Assembly: GCA_036172245.1 (NCBI GenBank)
Contig: JAYWIR010000015.1
Location: forward strand, 2,170,001-2,234,000
Direction: 5' to 3'
Source of the DNA: Raillietiella orientalis
Taxonomy: Eukaryota
Length of the DNA stretch: 64,000 nucleotides
Within the stretch, counting starts at the first letter, position 1; each line of letters begins with the position of its first letter. This document shows positions 43,901 through 58,900 of the stretch, piece after piece. A program made the position numbers and the translations under genes. A model generated the notes under the pieces. That model did not search any database. It was not told the DNA's origin and saw nothing but the letters and a program-made list of their open reading frames with translations.

Positions 43901-46900
43901 CTCGAAAGACTAGCCGACTCGAGTGCATACCCGTGAGGAGTAACCATTCGTTTCGTCTTCGTTCCGAACGCGTGGATTTCCAGCAAGCTTTGATCGTCGT
44001 ACGGCTCATCCCAGTAATAGTGCTGAACTCGCAGAGTCCCAGGCTTGGACACCAGCAGCTGCAAAGAGCACGAGAAAATGGAATGGAATGGTCCCCAATG
44101 AAATCGACCTGAGCGTCCGCAGGAGACATTTTCGGTTTCCTCATGGTGGAAAACGAAACGAACACTTCTCGTTCCTCCAAATCATCGCTGACTGTTTTTT
44201 CGTGAATAGGCACAGATAATTCTGACGCATGTGCGAGCGCTTGGTATGCAAACTTTGCAGGGGGCTGCATTTCTCACGAGCATTTCATCTTAATCTAAAT
44301 GCTCAAAAAAGGATACACAGAAAGAGTGGTTGCGTTTCAGGAGAAAACAGACAGGGAACGCTTTCCATTCCGTTCATATTGTGGTTCTTTCTGTCCAGAC
44401 TTGCAATTTTCTCTTTCTTTGGAGTGTTTACATGTGACTTCAGATCGGTTGCTTTCAAGTGGTATTTGTGGGCTGAGGCTTTGTGATACAAGATCAATGA
44501 GCTACGAGAAAAGAACAGAATGCGACATCAGCGACTTGGAAATGTGTGTGCATGTGCGTATGTAACAAGGCATGTTTATGTATATTATATAAACAAAAAT
44601 ATCGAATCGATGTGTGGAAGGTCGAATGGCATTGAGTGAAAAGATGGGGATGAGGAACGAGTAGGGCAATTGAAATCATTCCTTACGAGAGCACGTTTCG
44701 GATCAGTGTTGTGTGATTTACGATACCATTCTTTCGTACCCCTATGTGCTGTGAAATCTGCCTTTCACGGTATAATGAGCTGATTAGAGACCTGAATAAT
44801 TAGAATTTCATAATAATACAAACTCTGTTTTGGAATTGCGAAATTTTTTTTTTTTCCATTCCTCATGATCACTTTGTTCATGTGTTTCCTAACGTGTTTA
44901 CTGGGAAAGGAAAGGATGTGCACTGAAGAAGTACCTTACAAACAAGAACCTCCTTTGGGGGTTCTTTTTTCTTCTGTCTTGGCTCTTTAACACTGTTCCA
45001 CGCCACCCGCCGAAGGGCCATCCCAGGAGGGGGGTCCGCCCTATGAATCCAGGAAGGACTCGGAGTCCGGTTCCTCTCACGCCTAAGCAGGGATCCTCCT
45101 GGGAGGGGGGGATCTCATCTCCCACGCTGATTGTCTCAGAAGAAGAGCCCCGAAGGAAATCCCCTTCCTCATTCTCTCCGAAGGGACACCCCCGGGAGGG
45201 GTAGGGGTTTCATATTTCATCTTCTCCTCAGGGAACCCGGAAAGGATCTGCTAGTAGGAATGTCTTCTCCGGAGGGAACCCGCAAGAGGAACCGTTCCTG
45301 TTCACTCCTCTGAAGAGAACCCCGAAGGGACGCTTCCGAAATTCAGAAGGGACTCTGCAGCCTCCCTCAGGGGGATCGCTCTCGTTTGCTTCCTTGCACT
45401 CTCTAGAGAGGTGACGACTCGGAGGGTCCCCACCGCAGCAGGGGAGTCCGCTCCTTTAAACAACTGGAGAGGTGCCTGTGAAAGCTCCTGCTCCATCTTG
45501 AAAGCGGAGGGGTCCCCCCGGTGAGTAGGGGTCCGCTCTCCGTTGCACGACTGGAGGGGAAACTCCCACTCCTTGATTCCTGGAAGGACCCGAAGGTCGA
45601 CTTCCATTGTTCTGGCCTTAATCGGAGGCATCCGGTTTTAACCGCTACCGGTGCCGCGCCCGAATGTTTGTAGGCCAACCAGGGCCATCTTGCAGGAGGA
45701 ACTCGGGACCCAATGACGCAATGGCGTCAGTTTCTGCCGTATTCGAATCTACGACGCATGGTGCCACGCGAGGAAACCACAACCAAAATGCCTCCGACGC
45801 AGGCACAAACAAGAACTGGAAAGTTGTCTGGTTGCTAAACGAAACTGAGTGAACAATAATGATTAATCATAGGCTTGGGATCTTGGTTCGGATTCCGGAA
45901 CTGGATCGACTCTTCAGCCCAACTTAACGACTCCGACGAAAACATGCTGGAAGAAACAAAAAAATGGACAGTGATTTACCCATCATTCCGAAAATAGCAG
46001 CTCCATGGACGATATCGTTTCATCCCATGAGAGTGGTCTTCTTGATACAGATTTTTCCATAGAGGAAAGAAACCTTGGATTATTTTCCATCGATCTTGCA
46101 GTTTCCATCATTCCCAAGCGCGACCGAATCTGGTCGGTAGCTTTTCGATACCTTTCCGACCTCAACTGTGTCAGGAAGCTTGAGAGAACGAAAGCCTCCC
46201 ATCAGAGTCGAGGTCTTGCAGTCGAGATGCAGAAGCATCAAACTTGACTGTGAGCCCACAAAGTTCCAATGTGAAAGTTCCAAATGATGAGAACAGAACT
46301 CTGACAGCTAATTCTACCAATCTAGTAATATGTAACATATAAGGGATCGTTTTTGCACATCTTTCAATGTGTCTTGCTCCTCTCTTCATCATCATTGCAT
46401 TCCGCAAACGAACTCGGCAAGAGTACCTTCTTGAATGCGTTTCGCCCTGCTGCCCACTGTTTCGTCAAAATGCGACCGTTATTGAGTGTTGTTACACTTT
46501 TCTTTTACTGCGTAAGCCAAGATGGGGAAACCTAAGAGTGTGTTTCCTAAGAGTGTATTTTTCAACCATAAACCATCAAGTGAACTGGCCCATACACTTT
46601 CGAACGGCAGCTTCTCGCTCTTATAGGGTAGTTCCTTGGGTCCAGACACAGCCATCTATCGTTTTTGGAAAATGCTGAATGGAAATATCCAAGAGCATCC
46701 TTTATGAGGAAACAAATATTCTTTCAACCGCTAGCAGCAGTTTCGCTGGGCTTTTGTTCTTCGTTTCTTCCTTTTTTTGAGAACTAGAGAGAGTACCGAT
46801 TGGATACACCTCTTTCAGAACAAGGAGGAGGAATTTTTTTGTCCCTCCCATCCCGATAGGGTGTAAATAATTTGTTGGCCAGACTGAAAAAACTCGAAAG

Positions 46901-49900
46901 GACGCGCTGCAGTGACAACAGCTAGAACCGAACCGCTCTGCTCGGTTTTCCGTGCTGGAAGGTGGGTTCAGTTCGATGACTAACGAATTTCTTTGAAAGT
47001 TTGGTGTGATGAAACGATCCAAGTAACAACATAAACAACCCATGCTTTCTTGTCTAAGTCCCCCTAGGACAGGGCTGTTTCTTGATCGGTTGCGAGCGAC
47101 TCGGAATGTTGCATACGTCAGCTTCGCGCATGCTTTCCAGACAGACAACGCTTTCACACGAAACAGACGGAGGAGAGTTTGACTGCTTCATATGTCTGCA
47201 GTTCACGAAACAATCTGTTTTAATAGTTCTATTAAACAGCATGAATTAATACTAAGCCAACCTTTCGTGAGAGTTTGCTATTTTAAAACTTGTGCACAAG
47301 GTATGCAAGATTATTTCACCTCGCATCGTTCTTCAACAACTTACTAATTTATCTAAACAAAAGCATTATCTTCTGATAAATCGAACAGGTGTCTTCGTGT
47401 GTGTGCATATTCACTATGATGAATGAATTCTTTCCAGATGAAAGAGAGAGAGAGAAAGAAAGAAGAGCTCTCTCACGTTACTACATGATGAACGTGCTAC
47501 TCATCTTACTGCAAGGAATCCTTCAAGTTTTCCAAGCTGACCCACTGAGAAAGTGCCATGTTTTGTGTTTTTACGACTTCGGAGACCTTTTCCTTCATGT
47601 TTTTAGCAATGACTTCATATTTCCTCTTCCTGGGCATGCCGTTTTCATCGGCACGGTTCATTATTGATCCGAATTTCCTTTCCTGAAATGTCCATCGGGT
47701 TGTCCTTGCAAAATTTGCGGAAGGGAGGAAGCAGTTGTAAGAGTTGTTAAAATAGAGTCAGTGGATGGAAAGGAGATTCGGGAGAACTTACGGGAATTTT
47801 TTTCTTATCTAGAAGAATGAGCTGTTCGTGAGGGACCAACATTGATGTTGGCCAACTCATCAGCAGGAGAGACTGTATTTCAATCATCTGAATCGGCACC
47901 TCTGGACATCCCACCAAAACGGGAGAGAAAGGGTACTTTCAGCTTTCTTCAGGAAAGCCTTTCACATGTTTTCACAAAAATGCATTTTCTGATTCCCTCT
48001 CACAACATTCTGATACCTTTCGCTCTCCTGATTTCCTGCCACGGATGCGCTGGTTCCTTCTGGGCTGCTGGACTCAGAGGGATTCGCCTCAGACGAGACA
48101 ACAGCATGAAGTGAGGGAGGGAAGCGAACTTCGAGAGATTTCTGAACAAGGTCTAAGGTGGGAGGAAAGCAGGAAGGAAATTGCTGATCACGACAGGTGA
48201 ATGTCAGTTCATTTTCGTTTGTCAAATCAAATTTAATCTACTCTTGCTTTAGGAAAGGAAACAAAATGATATTTCATTTTGTGCTGAACAGCAAGCCACC
48301 AATCGTCATTCTTCCATCTTCTTCGATCCTCTGTTTACTCTGAGGTTTTCATCCGCTCAAAATGAGGAAATGATTATCTCATTATCTGTGCTTTGGTTTC
48401 CCTCACTTGCAATGATTATTCTGTGGCTACTTTAGCTTCGGGTTTAGTTTTCTGTTTTTTGTTCTTAGGGAATTTTATTTCCCTTCTTGGTTTTTGAGTA
48501 TTCATCGGAGTGCTACGAAGTATGAATGTATCCAATTTAGTTTTGTTTGTTTGTGTTAATAGTTCCATTAAGCAGCATGAATTAATACTAAGCCAACCTT
48601 TCGTGAGAGTTTGCTATTTTAAAACTTGTGCACAAGGTATGCAAGATTATTTCCCCTTGCATCGTTCTTCAACAACTTACTAATTTATCTGAACAAAAGC
48701 ATTATCTTCTGATAAATCGATTGTAAGTTGGCTTCTTTGATTAACAGAACGAACGGATGTGAATCTCTTTTTGTAGAATAGCGCGTCAGTATCCAGGAAA
48801 GACTGGCTGCAAGCAAAAGTTGCCCGTAGATTCTGGTCTGAGAGTATTCTCACCCTGCTCGCACAGAGTCAGATGGTAATGATCCACGAAGAGGATTCCG
48901 CGTGGAACTCCGCGGAAAACAAGTTTTCGCTACCGCACATCATTTCTGATGCTTGGGTTTCAGAATCTTCCAGGTGCTTCTTGTTTCTTTTCGGAATACG
49001 ATCGAGCTTGCCAAGTTCTTGAGCACAACCTCTCTTTACCGCTCGGGCTGCAATTCTGTTGCCCGTAAACGCATCCAGGAGTAAAGCAGGCATTTGCAAT
49101 AGAAGAAAGCGATAATGGATTTAGGAGCAATCATTCCGAATGACAGCCCAGATGCAAGGAGACTCCAGCCCGTTCAGTCATTTTCGTGAACCGCTTCGTA
49201 ACCAACTGATGTTTTGCGAACTCATCCGCTATTATTATCGCCCTGAAACTCAGGAGGGAGAACGTATTTGCCAAAGTGGAATGAATGAGTCAAAATCACT
49301 GCTTATCATGTTTCCCTAGTAGTAGAATTTCCGATGAAACATTGCGGATTTCCATCGGCACGGTGCAGTAATCTTTTGCTTCCGTATTAGCTGCAAAGTC
49401 CGATTCTTCTCCTGGAGCAACATCGCCGCTGTTGCAAACAAGATAACCTCCTGCCACATTTATTACTGATGATTGGAATCGGAATCCTGCAACCGAGTCC
49501 GCATTGTAGTTGGAATCAATTTTTTTTTTTAATGTTTTAGAAATCATACGGTTGTGAGAGAAGCTCCGAAAACTGCTAACCAGTAAGTCCTTCATTTGGG
49601 ACTTTTTCAAGGAACTAACAATTTTCGAAATCAAGAGTGCCAAAGTAGAGCCAGTTACTGAACTATCCGTAAACAGTCGACAAGCACAAGGGTTGTTCTT
49701 GACCTTAGGATGGAGACCATTGGAAATGCGGTGCTCTCATCCGACACTATCCACACTTGCCACGAGAAATTCCACTCCGGTTAACAGTAATTAAAATCAA
49801 AGAATCGTCCGTTTGTGATTTTGATTATCGAAAATGTAAACTCAAATGTTCCTCGGAAATTCTCAAGAAAAAAGCAGTGTCGCTCCAAGTATTCGTTAAA

Positions 49901-52900
49901 AGTTTAGATTTCAAAAATGAATAAAGGGACTTCAAAAATTTCTCTGAAAGACCCGGACTTGAGGAATTTATTTCTGAGTCTTGTGGGGAAAAAAAAATCT
50001 TCGAATGAAAAGGTGGGAATTTTCATGGAAAAAAAAATCATCACAAACCTGCGCGTTTGAGTTTAAAGTCACAAAGACGATCACATCCATGTGATCGTCC
50101 TTGTGCTGGGAGTCCTGTTTTGCAATACTTTTCGAAGGATTTTCTCTATGCTTTGCCAAGTTCACTTCTCCATGTGTTTGCTAAAATTCAATTCTCAAAA
50201 CAGACTGGGAATAAGCTGATTTCCTAGGTATGTTTTAAATAAAATTGAATTGCCAACAAATTTTTGTTAAATCCCGTTTGGCGCAGAAGGAAAAACCGTC
50301 CAACTTTATAAACTCACGATATCAAACATTGAAAGCATATCAGTTCACATATCAGTTTGACGCAAAAAAAAGCAAGTTTTCATTTTGCATCATTTTCATT
50401 CTCACAGTAATGTGAATGAAATACAACTACTGATGGAGAAATACGGACACAGCAGCTTTCAAGCCCTACAGGGGAAAATTTGCGACACCTGTTTCGTTGA
50501 AAGCACTGGCACTCTTAACATTTAACCAGACAGGAAAGGATGAAATCCACCATGGACTTGCCAAGACGTCGATCAGTCCTTTTTCGAGAGTGATTGAAAC
50601 CACTTACTATCCCAAGAAATCCAAATAATGAATGAGAATTGAATCATATGCCGTTGATCATTGATCGCAAATTGTATAAATCCCCCTTTTTGTATGCACT
50701 TCACATTGTATGTGTACGCCTGGCTGATTGTATCTTGCTAGTATACAGGTCATAATATTCCAAGTATCTCTCTTTGTTCCTATATTTTAAATGCTTCTCT
50801 TTCTTCAGCTGCTTTTTCTCCTTTCTAGATTCTGAGATTCTCATACTCTTGTGATTCTTCTTATCACACACACAATGATACTGTAATCAAACAAACAGTT
50901 TCTCATACAAATTCTATTCTGAAGTGTCTCGAATTACAAATCGAATCTTTGATCTTTCAAGGCGCATATAACTGCAATCAACTATATAAAATGTTTGTTC
51001 TTCCAAGCAATTGGAAGTTCGACTTCTCCAAAATAGAAATCCCATTAGCTCCACTTCAAAAGGCTTGAAGCTTGGAGTCCGGCCATTCTGGGCTCTACTG
51101 CTGCCTTCCAACGAATGTAATCGCTCTAGACGAATTTATAAAATTCGTGTTGCAAATTGAGCAGATTGACTTACAAGAGTTTTTGTTTGTGTTTGAGGCT
51201 ACCGGTCCTCGTTTTGGGGGCAACTTCCATGTGTGAACTGCAGTCATAGGCTAGGAGTTAATTAACACGTTCATGAAACCCAAAACGGGAATTTCATTTT
51301 CGAGATTCCTCAATTCATACATTTTCTACATTTCCCTCGACATAGAAAGTTTCACCGTAATTTCATTCCAAACTCACATTTTCCAGAAAGAAATCTCAAG
51401 TTGCTTTTCGGCATCGGTAACATGCAATCAACAGCATTCAAAAAACAAATTAGAAAAGAAATTCAAAAGAAACAACAAGAGGGGGAAAAAAGATACAGAA
51501 ACGAAATAAACTTATCTTCCAGTTTTCATCTTCTGATTGAAGATACCTACTGTATCTATGATCGTTAGGAGGCTGCTGCCAAGAGAAAAAGAAAAAAAGA
51601 GAAACGGCTAATCAGTTTAGCAGAATTTGGAAAACTAAAAATTATGGCTCTCGAAACAGTGTCAGAGATTTTCAAAGAACCAAAAATGTTCTCATCCATT
51701 TCCTCCGAATTTCCCTGTGTAAACACAGTTGCAGTTTCAGTGCAACCACTGACAGAGCATTCAGTGTTTGAGAACTTGAGAATACTTGAAAGAAGGCGCT
51801 TGTTTCGTCATAGCAAGCCTTTTCACGTTTGCTGCCTCCTTCCAAACATTTTTTTTTATTGCTATTATTCTAATAAAGATTCCCTTGGATAAATAATCAT
51901 TCGAAAAGCAAATTGAAATCTGAAAATTTGTTCCCGATCTTATCGGCACGGAAAATTGAAAATTTCCGGTGTCTGTCCGTGAAACCTGCTTAACGATTCA
52001 CAACTTCATTTTCGAGCTATAGAGAGCACCGTTTTTAATCTTCCGGTACTTTACACTCAGGTTCTGGGGTTTGGGTACCTTTGAAATTGAGTAATCGTCC
52101 GCCGTCCGCTTTAATTGAAGACTCATTTTCCTTCGATCCGTTCTGAAGGAAGAAACGTGCTTTTGATTGTCAGTAATGTGATTCTGATACTCATCCGTTC
52201 GTAACAACTGAACACCTCGCAATACATAATGATGTTCGTACGACCCGCTTAGTGATGGCATCAGAACAAGTCAAGAATCGTGATGACCGCTTGAGAAAAA
52301 AACTACCGAATTGAGTGTTTACTTTTCGATTTTTATGGAACCTACAGACATCGCTAAGCTAATTTATGCTTAGTCACAGATTTTTTTTTTTTTATATTAA
52401 CTGGTTGAAATGCGAAACGACAAATTAGAATTGGCATACTAAAAATGATTTGGTGCCTTCAAGAAATTCCAAATTGGGAACGTAACCTATACTGCGGCCA
52501 AGCGAATGATTACAATCCGTGAATGACACAAAGTACGACACAAAGCCGAAACTTTTTCAAATACAATGCAAACATTTGCGTCTACATTTCTTTCTCAAAG
52601 CTAGATATTCATCGTATTAAATTTAAGATGAGCACTTCATCCGGTCCGTGTGAATTATCTGCATTCCTCCCCCTTCTGCCATACCTTGTTCAGTAAAATT
52701 ACAGTATACATTAACATGCTTTTCATTATTACGTATAAATAATGTGTTAATCTGGCATTTAAGATTTCATTTATCTACGATAGCACAAGCGCTGTGATAG
52801 GAGGAAACCAATTTTGCATATACGTACATGCAAAATTACATATACGTGTAGAAATATTCTTATTTACGTATGCATACTTGTAAGCTGGGAAACAAAACCA

Positions 52901-55900
52901 CTGTGTGTTTGTTCACACATGTGTGATTGTTTTCACATGACCAGATTTGGAAGCTCCTTCGAGAACAAATTAAAGTAGAACAGTGCTACTCAGAAACAGT
53001 CACATAAACAATATTCAAGCACCCGAAATATGATTACTTTTCATTAGTTTATCATTACTACTCTGTTTGAGCGGTGATTTAAAATCAAAACCAATTTTCG
53101 AATTTTCGAAATTTGTATCATTTTTCTTTTCTTTTTTTAAATGCTATCGGAATCCTTAATTTCAAATATGATTGAAACATTGATCTCTAGTAATACCTCT
53201 TCGTGAGTTTTTCCGATTTTTTCAGTTTTCAAAGTCGCGAATGCCATCTCGTGCTCTGCTACTTCTGCCTTTACATCCTCATTTGTTTCCAACCACTTAT
53301 ACCAGGGCAGATAGTTTTTCAAAAAGTTCCAGAGATCGCTATCCTTTCGAAATGCACTAGAAATCATGAGTCACTACTAGTAATCGACTTTGCAAGCTCT
53401 TCTGCTTATGGCTTTGTAAAATTTATGTTTCTGTTGTGTTTTAAGAAAGTGTCTTTTTCTCCTTGGAATTTCTTTTTCAAAGAGAAAGAAAGGATTTCAA
53501 AGTACCATTCAGAATCAGCTGATAGGAAAAAAAATATAAAAAAAAAACAAATTTGCCTCTCAAATGGATCTGTTTCTTTAATGCTAAAAATGAAAAACTT
53601 TATCCTGAAAAGGTTCTCTTACTTTGGGGAGAAATCCTCGGGAATCCACCCGGTTAGACACTCGACCACGCTGAATACTTCTTCAGGATTATAAATGTCC
53701 TCAGACATTTTTGCTAATTTCAAAATCCCTTTTGTCAGTATCATGGGCCATATTTCATGATATAGTGTGCTGTAAGGTAATAGCATGTTTCCTTGGGAGT
53801 TGAATGGCAAGAAATCGTCAACTAGAATCTTTCTCCAGCATCCCTGGAAGAATGCACAAACGTCTGTTTATTGAGTGGTATATCAAAAAATTGTGCACGA
53901 CTCAATAAAATGCAGGTTGATTGTCAGAAAGAATTGCTCTCAGAATGCAAATCCAACTAGTGAATATCCTATATTCAATATAATGAGTATTGAATAATTT
54001 AGAAATAAATCATACGTAACAAACTGAACTTAAATACAGTCAGTACGCACATTCAGGGAATGAAACGACACCCGATCAGTGCTTAGGAATACAAAATTTC
54101 AGGGTAAAATCGGTGAGTACACACATATTTAATGTCCTGCTTGCTCTTCTATTCTAGTTGATATTGAATATTCTAATAGGCATTTCGATTCTCGGGGATT
54201 TTAAGGCTGAAGAAAGGCTAGTGGTCATGTTCACCTACCGTGACGTGATGACTCTGCTCCCCTATTTCCTCTTAATTGAGAGAAAGCTAAAGTAGAAATT
54301 AGAGTTACGCATACGGAAGTGATCTGCCTCATCTGTCTCGATTTGGGACTTTGATGGTCTTCAGACACATATCAAATACAACCCAAGAATAGACGGTGCG
54401 GATTCCGGCTATCAAATCCTATATTCCCCATCACACTCTCCTCTCCCCTTTCCTTCTTCTCCTCAAGAGACTGTTCCCGTAAATTCTTGGCTCCTATTGC
54501 CGTGCGCTGGAGATTGTTTCTTTCAACGACTCTCCTCTCCCTCAAGTTGAATAAATAGTGGGAAAAAGCAAAAACAAAAGAAGCGAACAATACGAAGTAT
54601 GAACTTTTCGTTTAATGAGAGCACAGCGAATTCCTGGTAAATGAATCTCTCCACTTCAATCAAAATGTGTTCGTTTCTTACAAAAATCGTGTGCTCCCGA
54701 TTCCCATGTTTTTGAATAGGGCCGACTTCAAGACTTGCTATACGTATCCTCGCGTCGAAGAAGAGTTACCAATGCTGCAGAATCCTTTCAATCCTCTAAA
54801 GTGTCCGAATAATGGACAGTGAGTCAGTTAGTTAAGAAGATTTTTGTGACTGTGTTTCAGAACTTCACGTCCTGAAATTCCTCGTAACTCATTTTTATCT
54901 TTGGACTTTATTGCTTTATTCACTTTGCTTTGCTATCATTCCTCTCATCTGCATGTTCGCCCTGAGATCGCTATCTCGAACTTTAGAAAAGATATAATGA
55001 GAGATGTAATCCTCTTGTCTGGATCATCGTGTTGGTTTTATCTGATTGACGATAAACTTTCATTTCTCCATCCGTCTTCTTAAAAAAAGATTAAGATCAA
55101 GATTTCTTAATCTTTCCGATTTTTTCCTTGCTTGAAACCAGTTCTTTTGAACATCACATCTGTATTATAAATAGGACTGAAAAAATAAAAGAAAAACATC
55201 CATTTTGGCTTTAATGAAACTAAGCAACAAATATTTGGAATTTAACAAGACTGGAAAATTAAACGGGAAACAAGAATCGATAAGTACGATATGAATTCTT
55301 GGATGCAAAAAAAAAAAAAATGAAAAAGGAAAAAGATCTCGATGGGAAAAGCATCTAGAGTATCTCTAAAGCAGTTGTTATTAAAATAAAATGAAGTAAA
55401 AATCTTTGAGAGCTTACAGTTTGTCATTTACTAGCCAAAGACTTATCAAAATGATGTATAATTTAATGAGTCTCATAGAATCGTTCATCCCTCATAGTAA
55501 TGTACAAAATAAAATTCAAATTGATTAGCATACTTCATGGTAATTTCAATTTTTGATATAGATATAATATCTCTACTCGTAAATTAACTTTGCGAGCTCA
55601 AAATTTTGGATTTTTGAAACTTCAGAGAAGTAAGATAGCAAGGGCAAAGTTAAGGTGAAAGAATTACTCAAGATATTTTTCACAAAGTCAGAATATTATG
55701 TGCAAAATACATCGATTAAGGAGTAAAAGTCAAATTGCAGTATCACCGTTAGTATCACATTATTCTCACTAGATGCTTTCTAGTTACTTAATTAGTGCTA
55801 AATGAACAAATTCAAGGAAAATAAAATTGTGAAATTTTTGTATTTGTTTATGAGAAACAGGATATTTATACGTGCACGGCCGCCCGCGCGCCCGCACACA

Positions 55901-55917
55901 CACACACACATACACAC

Positions 55918-55960
<43 letters not shown>

Positions 55961-58900
55961 TATGTATATATGTATATATATGTATGTATGTATATGAAAT
56001 ATGTATGTATGTATATATATACATATGTATATACATACATACATATTTCATATCATGCAATTTTTTCTGGAGCACTATTGGTGTGCTTAGAAACTCTCTA
56101 ATGCACTTTTCCGATGGATAGGAACTTTCTCTGGAAAGGTAAAAGCATGTTTTATGAAGAATAAAATGTGCCATTCCTATACAAAACAATGGCAACTTTG
56201 TGTATTTGCTTCCGCGAGAAATCCGAAGAAATCAGAAACGAAGTTTCAGAGCCCAGTAGCGAACAAGGTCCGCAGGTCAAATGTCTGGGGCTATAAGATT
56301 TCCCACTTCAGCATGTGATTCGAATGGAAGGCAGAAGCCTTTCTTAGTTTCGTGAGCTGTTTTCTCACGTCGAAAGAATTCGATCGTGCGGACGTGAAAT
56401 TGATAATGGTTTGTTCTTTTCTTTCTTTCGAAATGGGGATTGCGGTTGCGAGATTTGAACACTGATTAATCGAATATGCATCCGTGAATTCTCTCACCCC
56501 TAAAATTCACGATTCGTAGAGGTTGCTTCAAAGTTCAGAGCAAACCTTTGCAGAAGGCACGAAATCGAACTGTACGTGCTCGTATCACCATGTAAAATAC
56601 AAATAGATTTGCTTATATCCGATTTTCTTTTCCACCCCGTCTCGACACCCAACTCGAATCTCCCGAATCGCGAAACAGCAAGATGAGTCAGGGGTCCACT
56701 TCTTCTCTTCTGCTCGTGCTGACAAGCAAAGAATGCAAGATTTTCGATAGTTTTTGAAGATTGTGCTACATTTCACAGGATACCATGCGATCCGTCCTAT
56801 TCGGAGATATATTGCACTCATCACTTAACCTGAGATTGATGCTAAAATCAACCAGTAGCAGGAATAATGAAGATAGGTCAGCAGCTACATGTTGTTTAGC
56901 TTCGAAATTTGAAGAGCTTCCGAACGAAAAACAGGCAGGCTAACATTGTAAACACTCGCTTCTCGGCCTTTTGGCTAAGATCAAAGTGTAAACACTATTA
57001 TTATCGGATGACTTCCGTATACCTGCAAAGCTTTCATCAAAATGTGCAAACCTACAAACTGAAATGTCCAGGTTGTATTTAATAGATCTGCAATATTTGC
57101 ATTATCTTACGTTAGGAGATGAATTCGTTTCTTTCGCGTAACATACATGAATCAGTGGTCGATTCTTTGCATTTCACTACCTCTGTTTAGCGCAGTCTCA
57201 CATGTATCATGGCTCTCATGAGAACAGATGTATTTTGCTTATTTAGAAATTGATAGAACGGATTGCGTACTAGCCTGATAAATTAGGCACTAGTCAGAGT
57301 ATACCACGTTTGGATCTCAGAGATGCGCTTGCAGGATTTATGACTAGATAGATTCAAAAACAATATGACACGAGTAAATATGATTAAATCTCGTTCTGTG
57401 CTTTTATTTTAAATTGTTTGATTGCAGTTTCCCTCTTATGTTCAAATACTGAAACTGATATTTACCATGAAAAATAACCTGACGTAATACTTCCCGCTTG
57501 GATTGTACATTGGGTTATGGACAGTTCCTTTTCCTGCTTTGCATAAACTATATATATGATCCCAGGGCTTCCAAGACGACATGAAGTTGGGACAGAAAGT
57601 GGGGGATGTAAATTCCACAGACCAAGGTCGATCCTTGGCTAATTCTCGTAAGCATTCTATTGTACTGATTATTTCCCTGAAAATCTATGAAAACAATTTC
57701 AGGTCGGGTCACTTGATCTTTTAATCTGTTGACTTTCCAATAAATGAAATTTCACTGAGCTTTCGTATATTATGAAAGCTGACTCATGAAACGCATTCTC
57801 GCTCTAATCTTATTGAAACTCTGGCTAGTTTGCTTGCAAACGCGCATCCTGCCTCACGACTTCCATACTTCGGAATTGATGACCTCCATTCGGAATTGAT
57901 GACTTCGCGCGAGACGCTGCAGTCATGCCGGATAAGAAGCAAACGTTGCGCGATGCGCGGGGAGTGGTAATGTCACTCATCAACTTGGCACGAGACACCT
58001 TCAGTCTGTCTTTGTTTCTGACAAGAATGGACTCAGAGTGCTTGAATGGAAGGGACAAGAGGCATGGTTGTGTGATTAACCTACGGAAAAGACGGGATGG
58101 AAGAGACAGAAAATGCTTGGTGACGAAAATTGCATGCGATGAAAGGGAGTTCTGATCTGAACCGTGAACATGGACCAATGGGCTGGATTTGTGTAACAGA
58201 ATCGCAAGTAGAGATGGCTTCCGAGGTCTCCTACAAAGACAAGGAGATAGGATTAAAACTCCAGAGGGAATAGAGCAACTCCAGGAAGTAGTCCTGCACT
58301 CACACAAGGGATGTCGACTGAAATGGGACAGTGACCTTACTGACCAGAGGTTGTCAGAAGTCAGCGAAGAGAGAAAAAGGATATCAGTGAATTATAAAAA
58401 AGCGAAAGAAGGAAACTTACTCGAGACAAACAAGAAATACTTGTGTGAAGCCAGTGTGTTTTAAAATGCCTCAAAATCCACAGTGGATGCACGAGACAAA
58501 CTGGCTACTAAAAGGAGTACATAAGAGTCGTAAAGAGGTAGTCATAGAAGGAGCACTCGAAGGGACACACAGAATTGCCGACTGCATTACGTGGTTTGCA
58601 CCGAAGAAAGTTGGGGAAGTTTCTGTCGTTGGTTTTGAACACAAAACCATTCCGAAAGAGAAATTTTCGAAGGAATGTATGGTTCAGAGTGACTGACGGG
58701 AAGAGTAGGCTTTGCCGTACAGATCAATTGTTAACAAAGGTAAGGAAACATTAGAAGTGGATGGTGGACAGAAATCATATCCGTGCAAGTCATTGAGTGA
58801 GTTTCTACTACCATATTTCTGGCAGTTTGTAGATGGACGAGAGCTAAAACCTTGGTTGCAATTTATCTCTGATTGTGAATGGTGCAGTGATTCTCAAAGG

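Noticed and set aside
45200..45345. Hammerhead ribozyme cores (CUGANGA...GAAA) in the hairpin repeat
   Set aside because: No convincing stem II, and the motifs are not conserved in copy 2. ctctgaagag is explained as a simple hairpin.
56956..56990. Functional U2 snRNA gene
   Set aside because: Only ~35 nt are present, with no Sm site or 3' stem-loops.
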